NCBI GenBank assembly: GCA_002245135.1
Contig: NGBS01000915.1
Location: forward strand, 1-58,801
Source of the DNA: Proteromonas lacertae
Lineage: Eukaryota
Reading direction: 5' to 3'
DNA length: 58,801 bases
Shown: positions 26,117 through 38,663 of the stretch, one piece after another
Layout of the letters: the number at the start of each line of letters is the position of its first letter
Position numbering within the stretch: position 1 is the stretch's first letter
Position numbers and translations under genes: made by a program
The notes under the pieces: model-generated
Seen by the model: only the letters and a program-made list of their open reading frames with translations
What the model was told of the DNA's origin: nothing
Databases searched by the model: none

Positions 26117-27118
26117 ATGAATAAAATTAATATTATACTTATATGTTTCATTTTACTGATTTATAAAAATAGTATAATTGTATATATAAATAATAATAAC
26201 ATTTTTAACATTGTTCATAAAAGAATAATGAGAGACTATGATATCTATATAAATTGCAAAAGAGAATCAGATAATCTATCTTGTGGTAGAATTAAAACAA
26301 AGTACAATTCACCAAATGTAAAATACAAACCACACTTATCGTTTATTCCTCATTCTATGATTATTTTATGTGATTATTATGATATAATTATTTGTTCAAA
26401 TACTGATTTATTGATTGGAATATTATCAAGACCAGAATGCCTTTATGAAAGAATGATTATGAGAAAGATATTATATAAAATAAAATTAGTAAAATATATA
26501 TTTATATCTGCCTTATCAACGGATGCGAATGTAACAAGTATGGTAATTAAAGAGAAGAAGATATATCAAGATTTATTAGTTTTTAATGTAATATCTTCAT
26601 ATTATAATTGTTCACTCATTATGTCATGTTTCTATTTGTATATATACCATAATTGCAGAAAAGTAAAATGGATAATGAAACTAGATATTGATACATATTT
26701 CAATATTACTATGATATATAACATAATAAATCATTGCAAAAAAAATATATCAGTTATTGGATCAATTTATAAAAAGCCAAAATTACCTTGCAATATAAAT
26801 TACAAATGGTCCATATCATGCATTAATAATACTGAAAAATATATACAATTTCCTCCTTATCCATATGGTCCTGGTTTTTTATTTAAAAAATCATCAATAG
26901 CATGTATCTTTACATTTATAAATACATCAAAAACTATTGTATGGATTGAAGATGCATTGTTTGGATTATTTATGAAGTATTGCAAATTGAAATACTTAGA
27001 CATATCACTTCATACAGATTTAACATACAAAACTAAAAACAATCTGACTTTAATTAATAATAAAGCGTTTGTTCATGGACTTTATCCCATTGAATTATTA
27101 TTATTAAATAATTTCTAA
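26117..27118 (+). CDS. GT31-like beta-1,3-glycosyltransferase
   Basis: LLIGILS..ERM..R, WIMKLDIDTYFN, FPPYPYGPGF, IEDALFG; type II TM anchor. Confidence 0.85.
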   Translation: MNKINIILICFILLIYKNSIIVYINNNNIFNIVHKRIMRDYDIYINCKRESDNLSCGRIKTKYNSPNVKYKPHLSFIPHSMIILCDYYDIIICSNTDLLIGILSRPECLYERMIMRKILYKIKLVKYIFISALSTDANVTSMVIKEKKIYQDLLVFNVISSYYNCSLIMSCFYLYIYHNCRKVKWIMKLDIDTYFNITMIYNIINHCKKNISVIGSIYKKPKLPCNINYKWSISCINNTEKYIQFPPYPYGPGFLFKKSSIACIFTFINTSKTIVWIEDALFGLFMKYCKLKYLDISLHTDLTYKTKNNLTLINNKAFVHGLYPIELLLLNNF

Positions 27119-27123
27119 TCATT

Positions 27124-27893
27124 TTAGAAATGGAATAATATGAATGTATTGTTTATAAATAGTAGTTTTTTCTTTATTAAATATGTCTTTCCAAAATCAA
27201 TTATTCTTTTCTGAACAATCATAGTATTGAATTTATAGTCCTTAAGATTCTATAATATAATATAATTTTCTATACTTTTACAAAATATGTTTTATATTCT
27301 GTACAGTCTTCTAAATGAATTGCAGCAATAGAATTTGTTAAATCTATTACATCTATCATTTTATCTTTTAATGCTAATGCTAATATAATATTATCTATTC
27401 CAGCTCTTCCAATTAATAGATTATTATATACACTTGAATGAAGTTTATATACTAATCTACTCATTAAAAACACATCCTGACTATCAGCACCAGACAGTTT
27501 ACCTTTATTAAATAATTTAAAATGATTATTTAAAATAAAATTATCTATGGAAGTGTAATTAATATTACTTCTAGTTGCTACACATAAAATAGTCTTCTTT
27601 ATATTACCTCTTCTTATGTAATAATTTAAACTTAAAATTAAGTCATATATATATGGAGTAATAATAATATCTCCGTTTATGTACATAAAGTAGTTGGATT
27701 TATATTCTTTCATTGAATCATATATTAATGGGCCAAAAAATGGCGTATTAAAAATATTTACTTTTGGAATTCTTTTGATTTTAATCGTATAAGTTTGATT
27801 TAATAAATATAAATTCTTTTCATCAACATATATTATAATCCTAATATTTACATTATTTTTGGTTATTCTTTTTAATGATTTATATACCAACAA
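27124..27893 (-). CDS. Putative GT-A-fold glycosyltransferase-like protein
   Basis: FNTPFF, YMYINGDII-type motif (FMYINGDIII), IGRAGIDN, AIHL. An intron at about 27251-27275 leads to a last exon ending at 27124. The frame stays open upstream toward the MITE at about 28080 without a clear ATG. Confidence 0.6.
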
Positions 27894-28079
27894 TTGAATA
27901 GCAAATTTATTAGAGTGTTTGTTATAGTTAAATATGAATGTAGTAATAATGACAAGTTCTATATTATTATTGCAATTTTTAAAAACTATTAAAAATGCAA
28001 TTGTAATAAAGAAATAATAATAACAATTGACTATTGAGTTAATCGTTATAAATGTATTAATATTAATGTATATTACATA

Positions 28080-28357
28080 ACCTATCTCTGCAGTATACTT
28101 TTTTGTTAATATAAATACTTTGAATATTTGCGCCGTTTGTTTTCTAGAAATTTTTGAAGCAAACTAAATGCATATTTAGCTGATATAGACTAAAATACAT
28201 TAGCTGAAATGATTAGAACAACTTAATATTAATCATAAGACATTTAAAATGAAAAAAGAAAATATAGAATCAAGCCTCACTCAAGCCTATTTTTTACATT
28301 TCTTTTTTATATAGAAAGATTTAATTATTATTATATTCTAATCATTTCAGCTAATTA
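28080..28357. mobile_element. Truncated foldback MITE copy
   Basis: Matches the internal portion of 34216-34851. Confidence 0.85.
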
Positions 28358-28563
28358 ATCATTATATTATTTTTTCCTATTTCAATGCTTATATATACAT
28401 TTTCTTTTCAGTTATAATGTAGCAATGATAGTAAGTTCATCTTCCATAACAGAAATAACTAATAAATTATTAGATAAAAGTGAATAAGTGTAGGTTGAAA
28501 GAATTCATCCCCCATCTCTTCTAAATATAAAAATAAGAAAATGAGAGATAATTAACTATTTAA

Positions 28564-30291
28564 ATGTTGTATAGATGTGATATAGATTTACTAAAAGGAT
28601 ATTGTATATTATTAATATTACTTTTTCATAATGATATACCTCTTTTTAAGTATGGCTATATAGGAGTAATTGTGTTTATAAATATATCAGGCTATTTATC
28701 ATCAAAAAGAAATTCAAAAGAATTTTTTAGTAGTATATATAATAGATATATAAGAATTTCACCTAACTATTATATGCTTATTATCTTTACAATATTTGTA
28801 CTTATAAAAAACAATAGTATAAATGAATATCATGTTAATAACCTATTGTATTTATTTTTTTATGCATATAACATTAGATTAATTAACATTAACAATGATT
28901 ATTTTTATAAGGAAAATAGAACACCTTTTAACCACTTATGGTTTGTTTCTGTTATTTTTCAACTATATATTTTTGATAAGATAATTAATTCCATATTCAA
29001 GAAATTATATATTGTGAATAATGTGTTTTTTTTATCATTATTGTACGATATAATCTGTGAATTAGTAAAAGCAGATAATACATATTATTATAATACAATT
29101 AATAGAATGTGGTATTATTTCCTCCCTTTTATTTGTAATAAATCTTTTGATATTAATATAAATGCAATTATAGTACTAGTTATTTTCATAAGTATTTACA
29201 AAATATATCATATTTTCATAAATGTCATAATTGCAGCAATACTATCCCATATAACTTGTCATAATACATTATCCAATACACATTATGTAATGTATAATAG
29301 TGTTGTTATTAGTATAGGGCAAATTTCTTATTCTCTATATTTATATCATTATATATTCTGTATATATATACATAACATACTACATAACTTATCATTATCA
29401 TTTATTGTATCAATATTATGTTATAACTTAATAGAAAAAAATATTAATAAATATGGTAAAATTATAAGTTTTATAATTATTATTTTACTAACTTATATAG
29501 CTAATATATTACATTTTGCAATGAAAAAGAAAAGAAAAGACAATAATATAAATATGGTAAAAATTGCAATAAGATCATCTTACGCAATGTGGTGTAATCA
29601 TTGCCATTTAAATAAGGGTGAATATACTACTGATAATAATAAATTATTAGTTGGAGATTCTCATTTAGAACAATGGATACCAGCTTTACTTCCCTATACC
29701 AAATCACATGAAATAATGATGCACTATTTTTACTGTCATTTAGGAAAAGATAATTGTGAATTACTTTATATTAAATATTTTTCAGAAAGAAAAATAAGTT
29801 GGATATTAGCTATATTCAGTTTTGTTATGTCACCATTTCCAACAAGTGTTAATAAGACTACTAAAGCAAAAATAATAAAAATAATAAATTATTTTAGTAT
29901 TTTCATTTCTAAAATATTATACATCGAAGATACTCCAATTTTACAACGACAAAATACATGCCTAAAATGTTATGAAGAAGGAAATAGTAACTGTTTTACC
30001 ATAAATGGCGTTAATGTTACTATTTATCCTAAAATACTGCCAGATATAAATAACACAATCTATATATCATTAAATAACAAGATATGCAAAAATAATATAT
30101 GCCCTTGTAGAATAGGAAATATAAGCGTATATGATTCAATGTCTCATTTAAATCCAATATACTCAGCTACATTCAGCAAATATTTTTATGATGGTTTTAA
30201 TTCAATGTTGAGGTTAAAACAAAATTTCACAAATACAAATAAATATTGTAACTTTTATGTATATGGAAAGTATTACTATAGAGATTGTTAA
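28564..30291 (+). CDS. Acyltransferase-3 + SGNH fusion (OafA/OatA-type polysaccharide O-acetyltransferase)
   Basis: RCDIDLLKG..FH, GV.VF..ISGYL, HLWFVSV, IGQISYSLYLYHY, then GDSH and DSMSHL (DxxH). Intronless and intact. Confidence 0.92.
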   Translation: MLYRCDIDLLKGYCILLILLFHNDIPLFKYGYIGVIVFINISGYLSSKRNSKEFFSSIYNRYIRISPNYYMLIIFTIFVLIKNNSINEYHVNNLLYLFFYAYNIRLININNDYFYKENRTPFNHLWFVSVIFQLYIFDKIINSIFKKLYIVNNVFFLSLLYDIICELVKADNTYYYNTINRMWYYFLPFICNKSFDININAIIVLVIFISIYKIYHIFINVIIAAILSHITCHNTLSNTHYVMYNSVVISIGQISYSLYLYHYIFCIYIHNILHNLSLSFIVSILCYNLIEKNINKYGKIISFIIIILLTYIANILHFAMKKKRKDNNINMVKIAIRSSYAMWCNHCHLNKGEYTTDNNKLLVGDSHLEQWIPALLPYTKSHEIMMHYFYCHLGKDNCELLYIKYFSERKISWILAIFSFVMSPFPTSVNKTTKAKIIKIINYFSIFISKILYIEDTPILQRQNTCLKCYEEGNSNCFTINGVNVTIYPKILPDINNTIYISLNNKICKNNICPCRIGNISVYDSMSHLNPIYSATFSKYFYDGFNSMLRLKQNFTNTNKYCNFYVYGKYYYRDC

Positions 30292-30334
30292 TTACTAATC
30301 CATCACAAAAATTTTATCAATCTCTGGATATAAA

Positions 30335-31134
30335 ATGTACTTAATCGTCATAAAACACCTTTACACCTTCATGATTATATTTATATTATTATGTATAATC
30401 GTCATTGCATTATTTAATTATTTGTTTAACAAATTTAACTTGCTTAACAATAGTAATTATGATTCTATTTATTTTAATAAGTATTATCAAGAATTGATTT
30501 GCGAATCATACAATAAAAACCCTAATATTAATAAACAATTAAAATATATATCAATAATACACAAAAATGCGTCTTTACCTTTATTCTACATACTAGTGTA
30601 GTAGGTAATTTAAGCAATGGCGACGGAGATATAGGTATGTATTATTATCAAATGAAAAACTATTACAAGCTTCTTGCTGATTATGATAGAAAAAAGAAAA
30701 TAAAAAATGCATGTGAAATTGGATTTCAGTTAGGTGCAGGAGCAATTACTCTAATTACATCAGTAAAACATGATTTAAATTATTATGGTTTTGATTATGG
30801 CTACAAATACTCAAGAGATGCATATAATATTGTTTCAAAATATTTCAATATGAAAATGATGTGGGATGATAGTCAAGTAAGTTTACCAGTATTTATACAA
30901 TCTAATCAGTCATTTGAAAAATGTGATGTGATACATATTGATGGATGTCATAAACAAAATGTTATATATACTGACATTATAAATATGAAATACTTATCTC
31001 ATAGAAAGTCTTTATTACTATTAGATGATGTAAATATGGAAAGTGAATCAATTATAAAAGCAAAGGAAAACAATTTAATTGGTGATATAAAATGCTATAA
31101 TTGGAAGCCATATTGCACTGCAATATACAATTAA
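30335..31134 (+). CDS. Membrane-anchored class I SAM-dependent methyltransferase
   Basis: N-terminal TM; probable 26-nt intron near 30571-30596; EIGFQLGAG, DVIHIDGCH, LLLDD. Confidence 0.8.
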
Positions 31135-31399
31135 ATATAATTATGCAAATGAGTATAAAAACATTTATGTATGTTCCTTTATTACCTTTTCTTTAAAGGC
31201 TTTGTTTTTTGTGTCTTACTCAAACATCTATACTCCATTTTCATATTTTCAATCTTAAGCTATTTTAGAGTTGATGAATGCTAGTTTTAATACTTTATTA
31301 AAATTATGCAAATTATAAATTAGCTTCATCATTCTCTTACCACCCTTTGGACTTTTTGGCAAATATTAGAATTACTCTATATTGCAACTCTATATTTCT

Positions 31400-31800
31400 A
31401 TATATTTTTCATCCGCATTTTATTTTCCTTGGCCAAATTCTATTACTAATTTTCCAATGATTAAAGATCCATTCAAATATTAGTTTTTAATATACACATT
31501 CCCTTCTATCACTAGTTTTGAGTTATTTTGTATTATTATCAATCCTTGAAAATGTTTTTGAATATTAATTGATGTGGATCTTATAAGAGGATCAAAATGA
31601 ATTGCTATCTTTTATCCAATTTTACATCCATATTCAAAATGAATTCTTCCCATGAGCATATTATTAATGCTTTCTTTCCTTTGTATATATTAACACTTAA
31701 ATAATTAACATCAAATTCATTACATATGCTATTTTCTAAAATTATTAGCAATTTTTCAATAGTAAGTAAATTTGTTCTATTAATTAATTTATTCTATTAC
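31400..31800 (-). pseudogene. Decayed gene fragment, possibly the C-terminus of a UDP-sugar pyrophosphorylase
   Basis: The minus strand reads IIIQNNSKLVIEGNVYIKN*YLNGSLIIG with stops and frameshifts. The resemblance is from memory only. Confidence 0.25.
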
Positions 31801-31849
31801 TAATATTTTTAATAATAAGTAATGAATATCTCCATGTCTATGAGGTTTA

Positions 31850-32760
31850 TCTTACATTATACATATATATATAATTTTCCCAGTTGTAATATGATATTAA
31901 ATATCTAAAATATAGTTCTAAATAACTATAACCACAATCATTAATATTATTGATTCCTATTTTAGATATAACTTATCTAAATATTTAATTTCTAAGTTTT
32001 CTGGTTTTGATATTCTTTATATATTGTGATGATATGGGAATTTCATACATTCTTTCAATAAATGCTTGAAAGCATATATTTTTTAAATCTAAAACGTCCA
32101 AAATATGTATACTCATTTATTTTCCCTAACATAAGTAATCTAATTGATGACAATTATATAATATTTTATATGCTAAAAGTGATAATATGGGAATTTTTAT
32201 TTGGTATTATCTTAAGTAAATCCTAGTGATATATATATTATAATTTGGATTAAATTTCAGTAATTGGATTGATATTATTATCCGATAATACCTTTTATAT
32301 CTTTAATTCCTATATTTTGTAATTCTAGTTGTAATTTCTTTTCTGCAAATAGAATACTTAAATTATATCCTTTATCCTACCTAGGTGAAATATCATATTC
32401 TATATATTTATGGCATTATATTTATGGCATTTCTTTTCTATTCTATTCACTTTTGTCATATTATTTCATTGAATATCCTTTAAAATACATTAAAGAATAT
32501 AAGATGTCAAGACTTACATATCTTAAACAAGAATATAGAATTATAACATACTAGCATTATTTAATGATAAATACCTAAACTTAAGTTCAATCCACATTTT
32601 AATGTTAAACGTTGTATTAATAATCATCTATTTAGAATTAATACAATATGTCCAAATCATATATGCAGCTTATTAATATCAATTATACTTATGTATGTTG
32701 ATAACAATCATTTGTCATTTAAATTTGTCAATTTAATTATTGCACATTTCCTATGTTAAC
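31850..32760 (+). pseudogene. Old, decayed acyltransferase-3/SGNH paralog
   Basis: Residual SYLGEISYSIYLWHY, SYYFIEYP and ICPNHIC..YVDNNHLS amid stops and deletions. Confidence 0.7.
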
Positions 32761-32939
32761 ATTTCCTTAATTTGTACTACTAGTTGCTCATGATTGCTGT
32801 TGATGCTGTTGTTGAACTCCTTAAGGCGGAACTACTTGAGTAGGAGTAAGAATAACTCCTTGAGGGATGATCACTTGAAGTAATTCTTAAAAGCCAACTC
32901 TTATAAACGATTCATAACAAATCTAATAATATGTTTTGA

Positions 32940-33440
32940 AAAATATATACTACGTTTATATTATCGATCAAAAATATACAATTCTGCTTCTAATAAAAAT
33001 TATGGAAGCAAATATACAAATTGTCCCTATATTAGCTTTTTTGATTCAGACGATTTTATGTTTAAGAATAGAATAAGAGTAATAAATTATATAATAAATC
33101 ATTATACAGAATATGATATTATACTTCATATGTATACAAAAAATTCATCAATTGGAACACTTAAAAATACTGTTGAGTTTATAAATATATCAAGTTATTT
33201 CTATTTGAATTCATCTTATATATCTCATTTATATAAAACAAATATACATACTCATGAAATAAAACTATGGGGATGTTGTCATTTTCTACCAAAGCATTAT
33301 CTAATCAGCAATGGATATTATTAGAAAGAGAAGAAGATAGCAAATATAATGGTAGAGTAATATCAAAAGGATATAAAGCATTAATATTGACAATAATTTT
33401 AGGTTATTATGCTAAACAAAATGAATGCAATATAATGATC
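32940..33440 (+). pseudogene. GT2-like glycosyltransferase fragment
   Basis: SNKNYGSKYTNCPYISFFDSDDFMFKNRI motif; truncated and frameshifted. Confidence 0.6.
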
Positions 33441-33641
33441 TAAATGTGCATTTTACTTACAATGGAGGATATATCCTCTGGATCTACATCCTTTGCATCT
33501 CTTCAGTTCTTTCAGTAATCCTATCGTCCTTCTTTATCTGAATAGTTGTTTTTCCCTTTGTATCTTAATCCAGCTTCCTTTGAATCTTGCTGCTCACCTT
33601 CTTAACGTTCAGATGTAAGTGTTTATTCCTTTGTTTACTCT

Positions 33642-34098
33642 TGTTGTGCGCCGTTTGTCATAGTTGGCCGTTTGTCTACCAGACACTTATAAAACAATCT
33701 AAATGTATATTCTTTGTTATATTTGCGCCGTTTGTTTTCTAGAAATTTTTGAAGCAAAAATGCATATTTAGCTAATATAGACTAAAATACATTAGCTGAA
33801 ATGATTAGAATATGAAAATTATTAAATCTTTCTATATATGAAAATTATTTCAGCTAATGTATTTTAGTCTATATTAGCTAAATATGCATTTAGTTTGATT
33901 CAAAATTTTCTAGAAAACAAATGGCGCAAATATTCAAACTATTTATATTAACAAAAAAGTATATTGCAGAGGTAGGTCATATAACAAAGTAAGTATAAAA
34001 GTAACAATTTTTCATCAAGACAAGTAAGAATATACTTTTAATTTGTTTTAAAAGTGTCTGGTAGACAAATGGCCAACTATGACAAACGGCTCACAACA
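33642..34098. mobile_element. Foldback MITE copy with internal deletions
   Basis: TGTTGTGCGCC...CACAACA termini; the flanks show no target-site duplication. Confidence 0.85.
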
Positions 34099-34169
34099 AA
34101 AGAGACTACTGTTAAACTAAGTAAACAAAACGATCTGGAGAAGATCTTCCTCTTTAAAATATTATAATT

Positions 34170-35669
34170 AGACATATACAATATAAAATATTATTCTATC
34201 CTTTTGTTGGATGTGTGTTGTGCGCCGTTTGTCATAGTTGGCCGTTTGTCTACCAGACACTTTTAAAACAAACTAAATATATATTCTTACTTGTCTTGAT
34301 GAAAAATTGTTACTTTTATACTTACTTTGTTATATGACCTACCTCTGCAGTATACTTTCTTGTTAATATAAATAATTTGAATATTTGCGCCGTTTGTTTT
34401 CTAGAAATTTTTGAAGCAAATTAACGCATATTTAGCTAATATAGACTAAAATACATTAGCTGAAATGATTAGAATATAATAATTATCAAATCTTTCTATA
34501 TAAAAAAAGAAATGTAAAAATAGGCTTGAGTGAGGCTTGATTCTATATTTTCTATTTTCATTTTAAATGTCTTATGATTAATATTAAGTTGTTCTAATCA
34601 TTTCAGCTAATGTATTTTAGTCTATATTAGCTAAATATACATTTAGTTTGCTTCAAAAATTTCTAGTAAACAAACGGCGCAAATATTCAAACTATTTATA
34701 TTAACAAGAAAGTATACTGCAGAGGTAGGTCATATAACAAAGTAAGTATAAAAGTAACAATTTTTCATCAAGACGAGTAAGAATATATATTTAGTTTGTT
34801 TTAAAAGTGTCTGGTAGACAAACGGCCAACTATGACAAACGGCGAGCAACAGATGTGGATGTGCTAATAAAATTCCTACATTAACCAGTAGTTTTCTATT
34901 ATCACTGTTATCTAATCATCCTCTATTTATAGTGAATTGGTATCAAATACTCTTGTATTTTCAGTTGCCCAAAATATTATTTATTCGCTATTATAATCTT
35001 AGTAACATTAATACTTTTAATAAGCGTAATATAAATGTATTAAACGATCTAAAGAATGGTAAATCTATTAAAATATATACATTTCACAGTTTTGTTTCTT
35101 ATATACTATTATATTATAATATGACAAAGAAATTGATACATTTTATTAATATAAACAATCAAAAATACAAAAACATAGAAATGTTTCTTCAACATTACTT
35201 TTTAGTTCCTACAACAATAATTAATAATTACATTAAAGAATTCATTCTCAATAAAAAAACTAATTATGTTATAGGTGTTCATTTAAGAACAGGTTATTTA
35301 TCAGATTTTGGAGAAAAGGACAATAGATTTTTTAATAATAATTCTATAGCGTTGTGTATTAAAGAAATAAATTCTGTACTAAAACTTAAGAATAAGTCAA
35401 AAATATTTATCGCTTCAGACTCAACAGTAATTAAAGAATACATCCAAATGATTTTCAAATACAATGTTTTAAATTTCACTGTTCCTGGAAAAATATGCCA
35501 TGCAAGATATTCTATGCATGATAAAGAAGAAATTAATCAATGTGTAGTGAAAATTATAGCTGAAAATTATATATTATCTGAATGTAATATTATTATTGGT
35601 AGTAATAGAAGTACATATTTCTCATTAGCGTGTAAAAGAAAAAGTGTACCATGTCTATCAATATATTAA
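34170..35669 (+). pseudogene. Fucosyltransferase-like gene (GT23/GT37/NodZ-like) interrupted by the MITE
   Basis: VIGVHLRTG, IFIASDS, LSECNIIIGSNRSTYF. Removing the MITE and one GATGTG restores the in-frame sequence FYPFVGCGCANKIPTLTSSFLLSLLSNHPLFIVNW. Confidence 0.8.
34216..34851. mobile_element. Full-length foldback MITE (636 bp, TIRs of about 260 bp, TGTTG...CAACA, GATGTG on both flanks)
   Basis: The arms are near-perfect reverse complements around a spacer of about 115 bp. GATGTG lies at 34210-34215 and 34852-34857. Confidence 0.93.
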
Positions 35670-35869
35670 TGATAATTACTGTTGTATTTAAAACACTATC
35701 GCAGGAGCAGTGATGATTTATAGGACGTGAATGGTATCTATTATGGTAAATAATTTGTGATTAATGTTCCTTATGCATTATACTTATCATTGTAGCATAA
35801 TGATTTACAAATTCACTTCCATTATCACATTGACCTATATTTCATTAAGTATAGTCTTACCATTGTTTT

Positions 35870-37387
35870 ATGAATATGTATATACTAAATGCAACTTTTT
35901 ATCAATATTTAATATGTACAATTATTTGTTTTTTTATTAATTATTTTAATATTCTATATCCACAAAAATATATATCTAAATATAATTCTTTATGTTATAG
36001 TTGGGTTCCACTTAACAATTATGAGATGAAGCTTAATTTATGTAATATAAATTGTTCTTATGTAAGGACAATACCATTTCCCTTAAACTCTCCACTTTCA
36101 TGTGGTGTAAATAGAACTGATTTTTTATCTAAATCCAAAGGAAATTTTTCATATAATATTTATATATTCAACACATCTACTTATGGAATAAAAGTAAACA
36201 AATATAGATATTTTTACGGAACTTCTTATGTATATATAAAATGATATGAAATAGGTTCTTAAAAGCTTATCAAATCATGAGATTCAATATTTTGAATCTG
36301 AGTACATCAAAGAAATTAAACTGATATTTCATCCTAACTATTATTTTAATAATGACAATAACAGAATATCAGTTACAATATTTTTGTTCGATGGATTATC
36401 AAGATTGTCATTTAATGATCAATTTAAAAGAACACAGAGTATTTTATTAAAACTTACAAAAGAATACTATGTATATGATATGTTAAGATATCACACTATT
36501 GGAACTAATTCTAGACCTAATTATGTTCCTCTATTTTATGGTGTAAAATATAACAAAAAGCCTACTAAAGTATATTCATCTATTATAAATAATAGAAGAA
36601 ATCATTATTTAATTACTTTCATGAAAATAATTATATTACAATATCACAATCAGGATTTTGCGATCTTAATATTAATAATTATGGAATTCCTGAAAATTTT
36701 GGTGTAGATCATAATATAAATCTAGCATGTCATCCGTTTATTGATAAGTATTTATATCATATTATCGTAGTTATGATAAAACTGGAGCATATGGAACTGG
36801 ACCAAGATGTATTCATGGTAAACGAATTTCATATATGTTTATTGATTATTTAAAAGAAGCTAATATATATTATGCTGATCATAATATTCAAACATTTTCA
36901 TTTACTTCTTTTTCTGAAACTCATGATGTAATAAGATTTTAGTATTATTATATAGGCTAATCAAATATCTGTAGCCGGAATTGATGAAAAGTTGAGAGAG
37001 TATTTTAGATATTTAAATAGTATGACAAATTATATTTTACTATAGAGTCTAACTCATTGAATAAATATATTACTATCATTATCGGAGATCATGGAATTCA
37101 TTATGGAAAATATTATAACGTATTTGAGAATACATTTCCACCTTTAATTATAGTATTATTAACAATTTTAGATTTAGATAGCTAATAAAAAGAAATTAAG
37201 TAAAATTCAACACAATAACCTTAAAATAAATCAAAATCGATTGATCACACCATATAATCTATTCTATACTTTAAAATATATATCAAATGGAATGAAAGGA
37301 AACATAAAATACACTTTATTTAATAGAATCGCTATTAGTAATAACTGCATAAAATCAAAAATTGAAGTAAATTGCAATTGCATATAA
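35870..37387 (+). CDS. DUF229-like alkaline phosphatase/sulfatase-superfamily protein, multi-exon, possibly damaged
   Basis: FDGLSR, YHTIGTNSRPN, SETHD, IIGDHGIHYG, NQNRLITPYNL; short introns. Confidence 0.7.
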
Positions 37388-37469
37388 ATGGTTCGTTTTA
37401 TACTTAACACTTGTGTTTCTTAATTTATAGTTTGATTATATCACTGTTTATAATATTTATTTTTCTTTA

Positions 37470-38110
37470 TTATTGTATAGAAAATAAACCAAAAATATAC
37501 AAATATTCTAAAGACAAAAATATTAAAGTAGAAAATATTCTTTATAGAATCATGTGTGTATCACAATTCTATTAGAAGAAGTGTTATAAATAAGTGGGGA
37601 AAATTGTGTTTAAAAAGTAGATGCTTTTTTTATTTTGTTATTGCCACTAAAGAAAAATTTAATGATATTACAAACGAAAATATTAACAATATTATAGGTG
37701 TTGATATTATAGATAATTATTATAATTTAACTATACTAACATTCCATATATATAAGTATTTTATTAAATATAATCTACGCTCAGATTATATAATAAAAAA
37801 TGACGATGATATAACTCATCTTATATTCATCTGTGTTTTTGTCAATTACAATTTATCCATTTAAGCTTTTTCCTAAATTTGTGGCAGGAGGATTTGTAAT
37901 TACACCAGCATGGATGATATTTAATATATTCAAAAAACTACTTAAAGAAAAAAGAATAATATATAGAGAAGATATGCATATGGCAATTATTTATAAAGAC
38001 TGAAATATATCTTTTCAAAAACTAAATAAGTATTATCATAGAAAAGAAAAGAAAATAACTAAACAAATGGCAGCTAATGATATATGTTATCATATTATAA
38101 ACATTAGATA
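37470..38110 (+). pseudogene. Decayed GT31-like glycosyltransferase
   Basis: RRSVINKWG, IIDNYYNLTILT, YIIKNDDD, FPKFVAGG, YREDMH; frameshifted. Confidence 0.6.
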
Positions 38111-38663
38111 TTAAATAGCAAAGAGAGTTTGCTAGATAATAATGAGTATTAGGGGGAAATGACTCATGAGTCATTTCCCCCTATGTGTTTTTGATCCAAA
38201 AAAAATATCCGTTTTTTTATGAGTCATTTCCCCCTATGGTTTTTTGACCGTTTCATAATCAAATCATAATTCAAGCTTACATTATTTTTTCGCTTTTCTG
38301 TTTGAATTTAAACAAAAATAATTATTCCATTTGAATCCTCATCTTATGATGAATCTATTTATGTTGTTAGTTCAAATTATAGAAAGTGAATGACATATAA
38401 TTTCAAAAAATAATTCAATAAAAACAATCTCAATAGGATGGTCAACACATGGTGTGATATGACACCATATAGTGACCATCCTATGTAATAAAAAAAAACA
38501 AAACAAAAAAAATGGAGTTCAAGTCAAATCTCGAAACGCATCTATTTTTCTATTATTGAAATTTCTTATAAGACTTGTTATAATGCTAATTAATTATGTA
38601 AATTATGAATACAACACTACCACACAAACACAATCTATCATTTGAACCAATTAGGACCAGAGA

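Larger units (their letters stand above)
24541..30336. repeat. Segmental duplication, copy 1 (inverted copy at 53004-58801)
   Basis: The 333-aa and 207-aa ORFs and the intergenic DNA are identical or nearly so in reverse complement. The window end corresponds to 24541. Confidence 0.97.

Noticed and set aside
33642..34851. CRISPR-like array
   Set aside because: The repeats are long inverted MITE arms, with no regular repeat-spacer period and no cas genes.
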